A stretch of DNA of 64,000 nucleotides from assembly GCA_963698075.1 (NCBI GenBank), contig OY969116.1, positions 542,131 to 606,130 of the forward strand. The letters run 5' to 3'. This stretch comes from an uncultured Candidatus Berkelbacteria bacterium. Lineage in GTDB: Bacteria > Patescibacteriota > UBA1384 > UBA12157 > JAENIV01. This document shows, piece after piece, positions 48,014-56,592 of this stretch. Position 1 is the first letter of the stretch. Each line of letters opens with the position of its first letter. Below the pieces are notes generated by a model, which saw only the letters and a program-made list of their open reading frames with translations, did not search any database and was not told where the DNA came from. The position numbers and the translations under genes are program-made.

Positions 48014-48628
48014 ATGCTCGACGAAATTATCACTCCCGCCGAAGCGGAGCTCGCCTCAAAAGCAACCAAAGGCGAACTCTCTTTTTGGCAAAAATTTTTC
48101 TATGGCACCGGCTGTCTTTATGAATTGACCAAATGGATTATTGTTGTTCTAGTGATTGGCACTTTAATTCATTTCTATGTCGGGACTCTTTTTATTGTTG
48201 ATGGTCAATCCATGGAACCCAATTTCAAAAATGGTCAATATATTTTAGTTGATCGCTGGCAATATAACTTCGGGAAACCAGAAAGGGGTGATGTTGTCGT
48301 TCTGAAATTTCCCGGCGATCCTGAACACAAAAAATATATCAAAAGAATTATTGGGCTGCCTGGAGAACATGTCCAAATTATCGAGGGTTTTGTTTACATC
48401 AATGGTCAGAAATTGAATGAATCCTATATTCCTGCCGGCGTCTTAACCATTCCCAATTTAGACCGATGGCTGCGCCAAGATGATTATTTTCTCTTGGGCG
48501 ATAATCGCTATAATTCTTCAGACTCGCGAATTTGGGGGATTTGCCCAAAAAGAGACCTCATTGGTAAGGCTTTTTTTACGCTCTATCCGTTGGAGATGTT
48601 CGGCAAAATAGCCGAAACTAGCAAGTAG
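48014..48628 (+). CDS. lepB: Signal peptidase I
   Basis: GQSMEPNF (Ser nucleophile), KRIIGLPGE (Lys base) and GDNRYNSSDSR boxes. Confidence 0.85.
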   Translation: MLDEIITPAEAELASKATKGELSFWQKFFYGTGCLYELTKWIIVVLVIGTLIHFYVGTLFIVDGQSMEPNFKNGQYILVDRWQYNFGKPERGDVVVLKFPGDPEHKKYIKRIIGLPGEHVQIIEGFVYINGQKLNESYIPAGVLTIPNLDRWLRQDDYFLLGDNRYNSSDSRIWGICPKRDLIGKAFFTLYPLEMFGKIAETSK

Positions 48629-48727
48629 GTTAAGGTTAGGAAGCCAGTATGGTTTAGAGGTTAAGTCAGTAGGCCTTTTAGACCTAACCCATTAACCATT
48701 CCAGCGTCTTAACCCTAACCCTCTAAC
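48628..48727. repeat. MITE-like element with terminal inverted repeats ggttaaggttagg ... cctaacccattaacc (copy 1)
   Basis: The TIRs lie about 70 bp apart. The element is homologous to 60381-60486. Confidence 0.55.
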
Positions 48728-50254
48728 CTATTCAACAGTTGGTTCATGAGAACGGGCGAGATTTTCGGCCACATAGCCAATCAAGGGGAAAAGCTCTCTC
48801 GCAAAACTGTCCAAAGTAACCACGTTTTCATTGGATGAATACCAATCTGGCGGGCTGAAGCGCTCTTGGCCGAAACGCTTGGCCCAGTCAACTTCTGCCC
48901 CCAAAACCATTGAATAAGGCAGGTACTCTTCAAATTTACCCTGAAGCGCTTGAACCCCCGGGGCGGGTTTTTTGTCAGTTAAATATTCTCTAAATTCCAG
49001 CCATTCTTGAAGTTCTTGATTACCAAGATTAGTCCGCGCCGGCATAAAAGGCGCGAGCCGCACAATCACCGCCGCGGCAACCATTCCGCCGGCCCAAAAA
49101 AACAGACCATATTTAGGATCAGCGCCGAATATTGCCCCGAGCATAAAACCGGCGAAACTTAAGAAGAATAAAACTACGCCTGCATATTTCCACGCCAAGT
49201 GGACTTTGGCCGGGTTTTGAACAAAATAGCCGCGCTTGGTGGCCTCGTTATAAACTCCCAAATAAAATTTAGCAATTTTTCGGGAAAAAATGTGGCGACC
49301 AATCCGCATTTCGACATCAGCGACGCTACTTTTAATTGATCGGGGTAAAAAGACTTTTCCTAGCAATTCTTTTTCAAAATCTGATAATCCTTTCATTGAC
49401 CCAAAATCCGTCCCCCGGCGAATGCCAAAAGAAAATTGACCATTGCCTTTGTTGATAATGTAGATAAAACCACGTCTAGCCAAATCAATTAAAGTCGCGG
49501 CAATCTCTCGAGCGCCGACCACACCGTCAATCAAAACGCCGGGAATCGCCGGGGCGATTGTATCAGGCGGTCCCCCTAATTGACCGCGGATGGGGATCAT
49601 TTGGGCGCGTCGACGCTTTAAAATCATAAAAAGCATCAAAACAAGGGTGACTCCTGGCAAAACAATGGCAATGTAAAGCCAGATTTTTACCGGTAAATTA
49701 GTAATCGAAAATTCTAATACTTGCCAAAAATTTGGCTGGATCAAGCCCTTGGGTAAATCAGCGACAATCGTGAGGGTGGCTTGCGGTGAAATATCGGTCG
49801 CCTCATAAACTAAAGTTTGCGGATCGCTTAAATAAATTCTGGTCGAACCAATGCCATGGACAGCATAGACAATTTGGCGAACTTCTTCTGACTTAACTGG
49901 AGAAGGTAAGTGAACAATTCCTTGAAAAGCTGAGATATATTCACCAGTTGAATCAAAAACCAGAATTCTGAGTTCGTCATATTGCTCATAAAATCGCAGG
50001 GCGTGATTTTTCTTTTCGCCATCAATGGTGACGGTCCCGGTTTTACTAACCTCAATATTCATCGTTCTTTGATTAATCACTGAGTTAAAAGGTAAGTCTT
50101 TAAATTCGACTGCTGCCAAGGGTCGGCCAAAGATTTGCCAACCTAAAAAAACCAAGACCGCCACGCCGGCGAGGATGACAAAAAAGAAGGCTTTTTTTCG
50201 ATAAAAACCGATCTCACGAAAAAGCGCCTTAATCACTTCCCACGTTGACATCAC
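48728..50254 (-). CDS. DUF2207-like membrane protein
   Basis: It has an N-terminal TM helix, an extracellular domain and a C-terminal multi-TM region, in 508 aa. Confidence 0.45.
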   Translation of the reverse strand: MMSTWEVIKALFREIGFYRKKAFFFVILAGVAVLVFLGWQIFGRPLAAVEFKDLPFNSVINQRTMNIEVSKTGTVTIDGEKKNHALRFYEQYDELRILVFDSTGEYISAFQGIVHLPSPVKSEEVRQIVYAVHGIGSTRIYLSDPQTLVYEATDISPQATLTIVADLPKGLIQPNFWQVLEFSITNLPVKIWLYIAIVLPGVTLVLMLFMILKRRRAQMIPIRGQLGGPPDTIAPAIPGVLIDGVVGAREIAATLIDLARRGFIYIINKGNGQFSFGIRRGTDFGSMKGLSDFEKELLGKVFLPRSIKSSVADVEMRIGRHIFSRKIAKFYLGVYNEATKRGYFVQNPAKVHLAWKYAGVVLFFLSFAGFMLGAIFGADPKYGLFFWAGGMVAAAVIVRLAPFMPARTNLGNQELQEWLEFREYLTDKKPAPGVQALQGKFEEYLPYSMVLGAEVDWAKRFGQERFSPPDWYSSNENVVTLDSFARELFPLIGYVAENLARSHEPTVE

Positions 50255-50266
50255 CCTCCCTAAATC

Positions 50267-51214
50267 TTAGGTCTTTGCTATTTCAAAAATTAGCAGCTCC
50301 AAAGCCGTTCTTAACTCTATTTTACCAGTTTTTATCCGCACATCAAAATCGAGGAGTTTTGCATAAATTTGTTTTAGGTCCTCTAACGTGTATTTGGCCG
50401 CGATAGCGATGCTTTTTTGGACCACAAAAGGATGAAGACCAGATTTTTTGGCCAGCGTCCAGCGATTATTTGATTTTAGACGCTGGCTTAAATCCTTAAT
50501 CACCAGGAGATTGCGATACTGGTAAATAATCATCGTCAAAATATAAAGTTCATTGGCGCCGGTTTTTAAAAGCTTGTAAAGCTCCTTAGTCGCCGCCGGT
50601 AAATTTTTTTGCGCGGCCTCATCGATCAGATTAAAAATGTTCGCCTGAATTTGAGAATTAACCAAGAGTTCGATATTCTCAGTTGTCAGTTGTAAGTTGT
50701 AAGTTGTCAGTTTATCTATTTCATTCGTCATTCGCCACAAATCGTTGCCGATGTATTCGACAAGTTTTGAGATGGCCGCTGAATCAATAGCTCCGCCCCG
50801 GGTTTCGACTTCTTTTTTGACCCACCGTCGCAATGGCTCACTTTCTAATAATTTAAATTCTTCCATCTTGCCAGGCTGGTTAAGTTTTTTAAAGGGGGCT
50901 GTCCGGCGATCAGGAACACCCTCCTCAACAAAAACCAGGACCGTTGATTTGGGAACTTTGATCAGTGCTTCGGGAATTTTTTCTAAAATATCTTTCTTGC
51001 CATCTTTTAAAATATTTTCCACGATAACTAATCGTGATTTTGCCAAAAAGGGCATCGCCAAAATTTGGCGAATAAATTCGTCAAAAGTTATCGTTTTGCC
51101 ATCCAGCACGGCCAAATTCGTATCACCCAAAGAGGCAGAAATAAATTTCTCCTTGAGCGCTTTTAATTTTTGCCAAAGTCGATATGTATCTTCGCCATAG
51201 AAAAAAAGGATCAT
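50267..51214 (-). CDS. holA: DNA polymerase III delta subunit
   Basis: A 315-aa protein whose N-terminal region (ILFFYGEDTYRL) resembles DNA polymerase III delta. Confidence 0.6.
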   Translation of the reverse strand: MILFFYGEDTYRLWQKLKALKEKFISASLGDTNLAVLDGKTITFDEFIRQILAMPFLAKSRLVIVENILKDGKKDILEKIPEALIKVPKSTVLVFVEEGVPDRRTAPFKKLNQPGKMEEFKLLESEPLRRWVKKEVETRGGAIDSAAISKLVEYIGNDLWRMTNEIDKLTTYNLQLTTENIELLVNSQIQANIFNLIDEAAQKNLPAATKELYKLLKTGANELYILTMIIYQYRNLLVIKDLSQRLKSNNRWTLAKKSGLHPFVVQKSIAIAAKYTLEDLKQIYAKLLDFDVRIKTGKIELRTALELLIFEIAKT

Positions 51215-51298
51215 TTTCCCTCTTGACTTTTAGTCTACGCACATCATAACATATGTTATTTTAAGTTTAGCAAGCACGCTTGCCTAAGGGGAGGTACC

Positions 51299-52351
51299 TT
51301 GATGATCAAGCTCCAACCGGTAACGATCATTGGCTTGGGTTCATATGTTCCCAGCACCGTTCTCACTAATGATGATATCCGTGACCGGCGTCCCTCGGAC
51401 ATTCCAGAAACTGAATGGACCGGCGATGCCTGGATCTTCCCGCGCACCGGCATCAGAGAACGAAGGATTGCCCCCAAAGATTGGGGTTCATCTGATTTGA
51501 TGGTGCCGGCGGCTAACCGGGCACTCGCTGATGGAAATCTAGCTATCGGCGATATTGATCTGATTATCACTTCAACTTCTTTCCCCGACAAGGGTTCCGA
51601 CTGCCCCCGGACTTCCGAGATCTTCAAACATCTCATCGGCGCCCATCAAACCCCACTTTCGGTGACGGAAAACGCCGAATGCGCCGGGTTTGAGTGGGCC
51701 TCGATCCGCGCTCAAGAGATGATGACTCTCTACGGCTACGAGCGCGTGATGGTCGTCTCCGGCGACAAGACTAGTTCAGCCGCCAACCCCCGTGACCGCA
51801 AAACCTACCCTTTGTTCGGCGACGCCGGCGGCTGCGTCATTCTGGCCCCTTGCGATGAGGGTGACGGCTTCTTGGCCTCGGCTCGCGGCACCGATACCAC
51901 CTATATCGACGCCATTGAGATTCCCGCTGGCGGGTCGAAAATGCCAGCCACCCTGGAAACCGTCCAGCAAGGTCTTCATTATATGACAATGCCTGGCGGT
52001 AGCGATATGCTCAAGATCATTGGTGGTAAAGTCTTCCCCGACATTTGCCGCGAGCTTGTCGCTAAGGCCGGGATCTCCTTAGAGCAAGTCCGCCACATCA
52101 TTGCCCATCAAGCCAATATTCGCATCACCATTGCTGCTGAGAGGCGTCTTGGCACGCACCTCTTCAAGGAAACCCAGCTTTGGTTCGGCAATACCTCGGG
52201 CTCAAGCGTGCCTCTGGCTCTCGACACCCTCTATCTTCACGGCGATCTTGAGCCAGGTGATTACATCATCATCGTCGGTTTCGGCGCTGGCTTTATCTGG
52301 GGCGGCCTCTTGATGCGCTGGACCAAACCGCGGTTCCGATTCCAGGGGTGA
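51299..52351 (+). CDS. FabH-like 3-oxoacyl-ACP synthase III / type III KS (GC-rich)
   Basis: It has an active-site Cys in ENAECAGF and a His/Asn C-terminal half (HQANIRI, GNTSGSS). It is about 58% GC. Confidence 0.7.
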   Translation: MMIKLQPVTIIGLGSYVPSTVLTNDDIRDRRPSDIPETEWTGDAWIFPRTGIRERRIAPKDWGSSDLMVPAANRALADGNLAIGDIDLIITSTSFPDKGSDCPRTSEIFKHLIGAHQTPLSVTENAECAGFEWASIRAQEMMTLYGYERVMVVSGDKTSSAANPRDRKTYPLFGDAGGCVILAPCDEGDGFLASARGTDTTYIDAIEIPAGGSKMPATLETVQQGLHYMTMPGGSDMLKIIGGKVFPDICRELVAKAGISLEQVRHIIAHQANIRITIAAERRLGTHLFKETQLWFGNTSGSSVPLALDTLYLHGDLEPGDYIIIVGFGAGFIWGGLLMRWTKPRFRFQG

Positions 52352-52363
52352 AAGGAGGAGACG

Positions 52364-52690
52364 ATGAGAAGAGAAGTCTTCCTAGTTATCCGTCAGAATC
52401 CGGAGGCATTTTCGCTCACTCGTTTGGATGGTAATGTCACCACTATTCCCAATCTATGCCAACCACCCAAGGTATTCTTAGGCATTTCCGTCAATCGGGA
52501 TGAGCTGGGCGAAAATCCACCACTCCCCATCTTGCGCCGAGATCTTATAGGCGCATTGGCGCATCCAGTTTCTCCGCCCTTCGGTCAAGAAGACCAGCTC
52601 ATCGCCATCATGGTAGCTTCCGCGAAGGCTGATTGCAGCAGCCTTCGCGATTGCACCCTGGAAGAGGCCCTCACCCTCTGCGAACTATAA
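52364..52690 (+). CDS. Hypothetical small protein inside the biosynthetic island
   Basis: A 108-aa ORF with an RBS aaggaggagacg, starting 10 nt after the FabH-like stop. Confidence 0.4.
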   Translation: MRREVFLVIRQNPEAFSLTRLDGNVTTIPNLCQPPKVFLGISVNRDELGENPPLPILRRDLIGALAHPVSPPFGQEDQLIAIMVASAKADCSSLRDCTLEEALTLCEL

Positions 52691-52787
52691 TCCCGCCTGT
52701 TTACCAATCGATCTTTTCCCCGCCGCCCTTGAAAAGGGCGGCTTTCTGTATTAAAATATCTATATCCGCTAGGCTAGGAGGTTTGCC

Positions 52788-53291
52788 ATGGCCGGTATTC
52801 TCGATCTTTGCCCAGAGCCATTCCGCTTGCCCCAACCGCTCGCGCCGCGACTTTCCCATGGCGAAACTTGGATCCAGGTCGGAGCAGTTGTCGGCTACGA
52901 TCCGGAAACCAAGACCATCTACGCCACGCGCACTTTCACCGGCGAGGAAGAAATCAAGAATCCCGATCACTTCCCTGGATGGGTGATCATGGCTGGCGTC
53001 CTCCAGCAAGAGTTTGTCGCTCAGGCCGCTATCCAGTATGCCCTGTTCGACGCCCAATACGACGACTGTCTCTTCACCATCGTCCGAGTGGAGGCGGAGT
53101 TTCGCCAGCAGGTACCTGCTGGCACCGAACTCATGGCAATCTGCCGGCTCCTGACCTTGCCGAAGCCGGGCACCATCAAACTCGGCGATGCCGAATGCCA
53201 GCTATTAACAGCTGACTGTAAGCTGGTCATGTCGGCCAAAATCCGCTTCAAAGTCGTCACCAAAAGCAAGACGCCACTGGCCCAACTCTAA
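52788..53291 (+). CDS. FabZ/FabA-like hot-dog dehydratase
   Basis: HFPGWVIMAGVLQQEFVAQAA matches the FabZ catalytic His motif HFPGxPxMPGVL. Confidence 0.55.
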   Translation: MAGILDLCPEPFRLPQPLAPRLSHGETWIQVGAVVGYDPETKTIYATRTFTGEEEIKNPDHFPGWVIMAGVLQQEFVAQAAIQYALFDAQYDDCLFTIVRVEAEFRQQVPAGTELMAICRLLTLPKPGTIKLGDAECQLLTADCKLVMSAKIRFKVVTKSKTPLAQL

Positions 53292-53361
53292 CTGGGCCTC
53301 TTCCAGCGATCACCACCCCGCCTCCTCGGCGGGGTTCTCATATCTAGAGCTATTCTGATTA

Positions 53362-53958
53362 TTATTTAAGCGCTATTGCCTTTTCCCATTCCTTCTCCAG
53401 CCCCAATTTCTTAACCCACGAGAGCAAATATTTTCGATTGATATTACTGGCTTCTAAAACCGCTCTCACATCCTCCAGTTGTCTATCCGATCTGCTTTCA
53501 TGATACCATCGCAGTTTGGCGATAATGAGATCTTCTGGCGAAATAAATCTGATAAGTTTTCCGCCAATTTTTTTCTTTTTAGCGCGCTTTATTTCTAATT
53601 TTTGATGCTCATCTTGGCCTATCACAAAAAAATCGGCTTTGAGACCATATTCCGGCTCAATCAAATTAAACTCGCCCTTGTTTTTATAAGCAGCCAGCGC
53701 AGTATCTTTATTCAAATATCCAACTTTAAACTTCTTTAATAATCCTTCTGTTAGCTCTTCGATTTTCTCTCGAGAGCTAATTTCGATCACAATATCTAAA
53801 TCGGCCGTATAGCGAGGCCTGCCCCAGACTGACACGGCGACACCGCCCGAAACGGCATATTCGATTTTAAGCTCGTCTAAGGTTTGGCTTATTCCGACGA
53901 GAAACTGTTTGATGGTCATGTTTGAGTTCTTTGGCAAACTTGAAAAAATCATCCACAA
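53362..53958 (-). CDS. Nucleotidyltransferase-fold protein (AbiEii/MNT-like); likely start MTIKQ at 53919
   Basis: AVSGGVAVSVWGRPRYTADLDIVIE is the GS...DxD nucleotidyltransferase signature. Confidence 0.5.
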   Translation of the reverse strand: MWMIFSSLPKNSNMTIKQFLVGISQTLDELKIEYAVSGGVAVSVWGRPRYTADLDIVIEISSREKIEELTEGLLKKFKVGYLNKDTALAAYKNKGEFNLIEPEYGLKADFFVIGQDEHQKLEIKRAKKKKIGGKLIRFISPEDLIIAKLRWYHESRSDRQLEDVRAVLEASNINRKYLLSWVKKLGLEKEWEKAIALK

Positions 53959-54137
53959 TGGTTATCTTTTTATCCGCGGACATTTTTTTATAGATTTTGA
54001 TCTGCTTTTCTTCGGCTTTGTTCATCGCGATTTCATCATACAGCATGCCGCCTAATTTACAAATTCACCCTCACACCAAATATTTTGGTTGAGGGTCTAA
54101 CCTGTTTGACCCCACCTACGAAGTGGGGTTAGAATGG

Positions 54138-55124
54138 TCAGAGCAATTTTTGCTGGTTGTTAGCGCGTCGGGATTCCGGTAATCGCGAGATCAAGGATTT
54201 AAAACCGAGTTTATTTAGTAATTTGATAACGTTATTTTGATCGTAGTCGTGGATGCGTGAATCAGCTAAATTAAATTCGAGCGGGACATCATCAATAATT
54301 TTTGATAATTTTTGTGACAAAAATGCTTGCTCTTTGTTCTCTTTTAATAAGATTTGAACTTTTCCGCTAATTTTTGCAATATTTTTATAAATTTTTTCTA
54401 AATTTCCAAATTCGGAAATCAATTTCGCTGCGCCTTTTTCGCCAATCCCTGGCACCCCGGGAATGTTATCGCTCGGATCTCCTTTGAGCGCCTTAAAATC
54501 GACGAATTGTTTGGGCTCGAGTCCGTAGCGTTCGCGGACTTTCTCAACATCATACATCATCGCAGAATTTACGCCTCGCGCCATTGAATAAACCTTAGTT
54601 TGCTCATCCACCAGTTGTAGGCAGTCTAAGTCTCCGGTGACAATAATAAATTCAAGAGTAGGATTTAGGGTGTAGCGTTTAGCGTTTAGTGATTTGGAAT
54701 TTTGAATTTGGGATTTGTTTAGGATTTCGGATTTAGGATTTCGGATTTTCGCGATAATACTCGCGATCACATCCTCGCCTTCGTACCCTTCCACCGCAAA
54801 AACCGGAATATTCATCGCTTTCAAAATTTCTTTTGTATATGGCACTTGAGCCATTAAATCTTCAGGCATCGGCGCACGATGAGCCTTGTATTCAACATAT
54901 TCGATATGCCGTTTGGTCGGCTTGGGTAAATCAAAACCGCAGGCCAAATATTCCGGCTCTAAGGCTTTAATCGCCGCCAATAAGGCGCTCGTAAATCCAT
55001 AAGCGGCATTAAGCTGCACGCCTTTTTTGTTCGTCAAAGGCGGCAAGGCATAATAAGCCCTAAAAATCAAGGCAAAGGCATCAATTAGGACAAATCTATT
55101 CTTGATCATCTTTGCCAAAATCAT
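54138..55124 (-). CDS. 5'-3' exonuclease (Pol I N-terminal / FEN-like) carrying an in-frame repeat insertion. Start taken at MILAKMIK; the ORF-track start at 55268 is an upstream extension.
   Basis: FVLIDAFALIFRAYYALPPL...GDPSDNIPGVPGIGEKGAAKLI (H3TH). The stretch RNPKSEILNKSQIQNSKSLNAKRY is encoded by repeat 54658-54749. Confidence 0.75.
   Translation of the reverse strand: MILAKMIKNRFVLIDAFALIFRAYYALPPLTNKKGVQLNAAYGFTSALLAAIKALEPEYLACGFDLPKPTKRHIEYVEYKAHRAPMPEDLMAQVPYTKEILKAMNIPVFAVEGYEGEDVIASIIAKIRNPKSEILNKSQIQNSKSLNAKRYTLNPTLEFIIVTGDLDCLQLVDEQTKVYSMARGVNSAMMYDVEKVRERYGLEPKQFVDFKALKGDPSDNIPGVPGIGEKGAAKLISEFGNLEKIYKNIAKISGKVQILLKENKEQAFLSQKLSKIIDDVPLEFNLADSRIHDYDQNNVIKLLNKLGFKSLISRLPESRRANNQQKLL
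54658..54749. repeat. AT-rich MITE-like element (ggatttcggattt family), partial copy inserted in frame in the exonuclease gene
   Basis: gatttggaattttgaatttgggatttgtttaggatttcggatttaggatttcggatttt. Confidence 0.65.
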
Positions 55125-55162
55125 ACCATATTTTTCGAACAAAAGAAAGCCCTGAAGTAACC

Positions 55163-56512
55163 TCAGAGCTTTCGGAGTCGTTTTACCCAGCCCCAAATGC
55201 GGGGCACAAAATGGCCAAAAAGCAGTCGGAAGAAATTGAGCCGGCGAAGCGGATGGCGCCAAAACCAAGGATCAGTGATCAGCCGCCAAATCATATTTAG
55301 AATCCAGTAATAGCGATGATAGAGATTGCGCACTCCTTCCTCAAGCTCTTCCGGAGTCATTTGCGCTGGCTCAAAAACCGCATGGGTCCCGTCATACAAG
55401 CTAGGATCTAGCTTCCGAATCCTCCCCTCCCTTTGCCAGCGCCGATAAAGCTTGGTTCCTGGCAAAGGCGTCAGCACGGTGAATTGAGGCGCATCAGCCT
55501 TCAGTCGATTGAGCTCTCGGAAGGCCCGCCTAAACTCCGCGGGGGTATCACTGTCAAAACCGAAAATCATGGCTGGGATAATGGCGATTCCTGAACGATG
55601 GAGCAACCTTACCATCTCACGATATTGCTCAACTTTGTTAATGGCTTTGCCGGCCAACTCAATTGAGGCCGGGTTGAATGATTCGAAGCCAACGAAGAGG
55701 ACGGCACAGCCGCTTTTGGCTGCCAAGCGAGCCAGATCCGGCCTCTTAAGGAGAGTCATATCTGCCTGGGCAAACCAAGGGCGTCTGACCGGAATGAGCG
55801 CCCGAAAGAGCTCTTCGGCATAGTCGAAGTCAGCCACAATATTATCATTAGCAAAGACTAGCGGGCCTGGCGGCAAGCCGCGGATCTCATCGAGAGTGGG
55901 GCCAATCGGCCGAAAACGGACTTGCTGACCGGAGAACATCCAAACCGAGCAGAAATCGCAAGAGTTGGGACAGCCGCGGGCAGTCTGGAGGATGTTGAAA
56001 TAAGCATAGTCTCTGGGGTTCAGACCCTCTCTTTTGGGACTCGGGATATTCGCCAAACTGGGGGAATGCTCGGCCGTAAAGATGGCCGGCGCCACCCCAT
56101 CCTCGAGGGATGTCAAAAACCGCGACCAGCCACCTTCGGCCTCTCCTCGAAAAACATAGTTAGCTTGCTTGAGGCATTCTTGCGGACAAAACGTGGGATC
56201 AACACCGCCGTAGACAATAGGTATGCCTCGCTCTTGAAATCGAGCGGCGATGGCGTTGGCTCGAGGTCTGACAGCGCTCATCGTCACGGTAATTCCCACC
56301 AGATCCACGGGTAGATCGAAATTGATGGGACTGACAGATTCATCAACAATCGTTACTTGATAGCGAGGAGGTGTCAAGGCAGCGATCTGCATCAAAGCCA
56401 GTGGTGGAAAAAATGGTTTATATTGATGGGGTCCTGGACCGCCTGGATCGGCGGTAACCAGCAGTATCCGCTCAAGCCGCTTATTTTTCAAGGTTCTCAC
56501 CCCTTTCGTCAT
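55163..56512 (-). CDS. B12-binding (class B) radical SAM enzyme
   Basis: It has an N-terminal cobalamin-binding-type domain and the rSAM triad CPNSCDFC. It is about 56% GC. Confidence 0.75.
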   Translation of the reverse strand: MTKGVRTLKNKRLERILLVTADPGGPGPHQYKPFFPPLALMQIAALTPPRYQVTIVDESVSPINFDLPVDLVGITVTMSAVRPRANAIAARFQERGIPIVYGGVDPTFCPQECLKQANYVFRGEAEGGWSRFLTSLEDGVAPAIFTAEHSPSLANIPSPKREGLNPRDYAYFNILQTARGCPNSCDFCSVWMFSGQQVRFRPIGPTLDEIRGLPPGPLVFANDNIVADFDYAEELFRALIPVRRPWFAQADMTLLKRPDLARLAAKSGCAVLFVGFESFNPASIELAGKAINKVEQYREMVRLLHRSGIAIIPAMIFGFDSDTPAEFRRAFRELNRLKADAPQFTVLTPLPGTKLYRRWQREGRIRKLDPSLYDGTHAVFEPAQMTPEELEEGVRNLYHRYYWILNMIWRLITDPWFWRHPLRRLNFFRLLFGHFVPRIWGWVKRLRKL

Positions 56513-56549
56513 CAGGTGCCATTATACCACGACGGAATTTTATCACATA

Positions 56550-56580
56550 CGAAAAGCCCCCCGCCGCAGGCGGGGAGCCA
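56550..56580 (-). terminator. Rho-independent terminator for the 56593-58020 gene
   Basis: ggctccccgcctgcggcgggggctttt on the minus strand. Confidence 0.55.
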
Positions 56581-56592
56581 TGAGTCATGGAT

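Noticed and set aside
50690-50725. Tandem 8-mer repeat (agttgtca/agttgtaa, four copies)
   Set aside because: It lies in frame within holA, encoding LTTYNLQLTTEN. It is a short coding microsatellite, not a regulatory or mobile feature.
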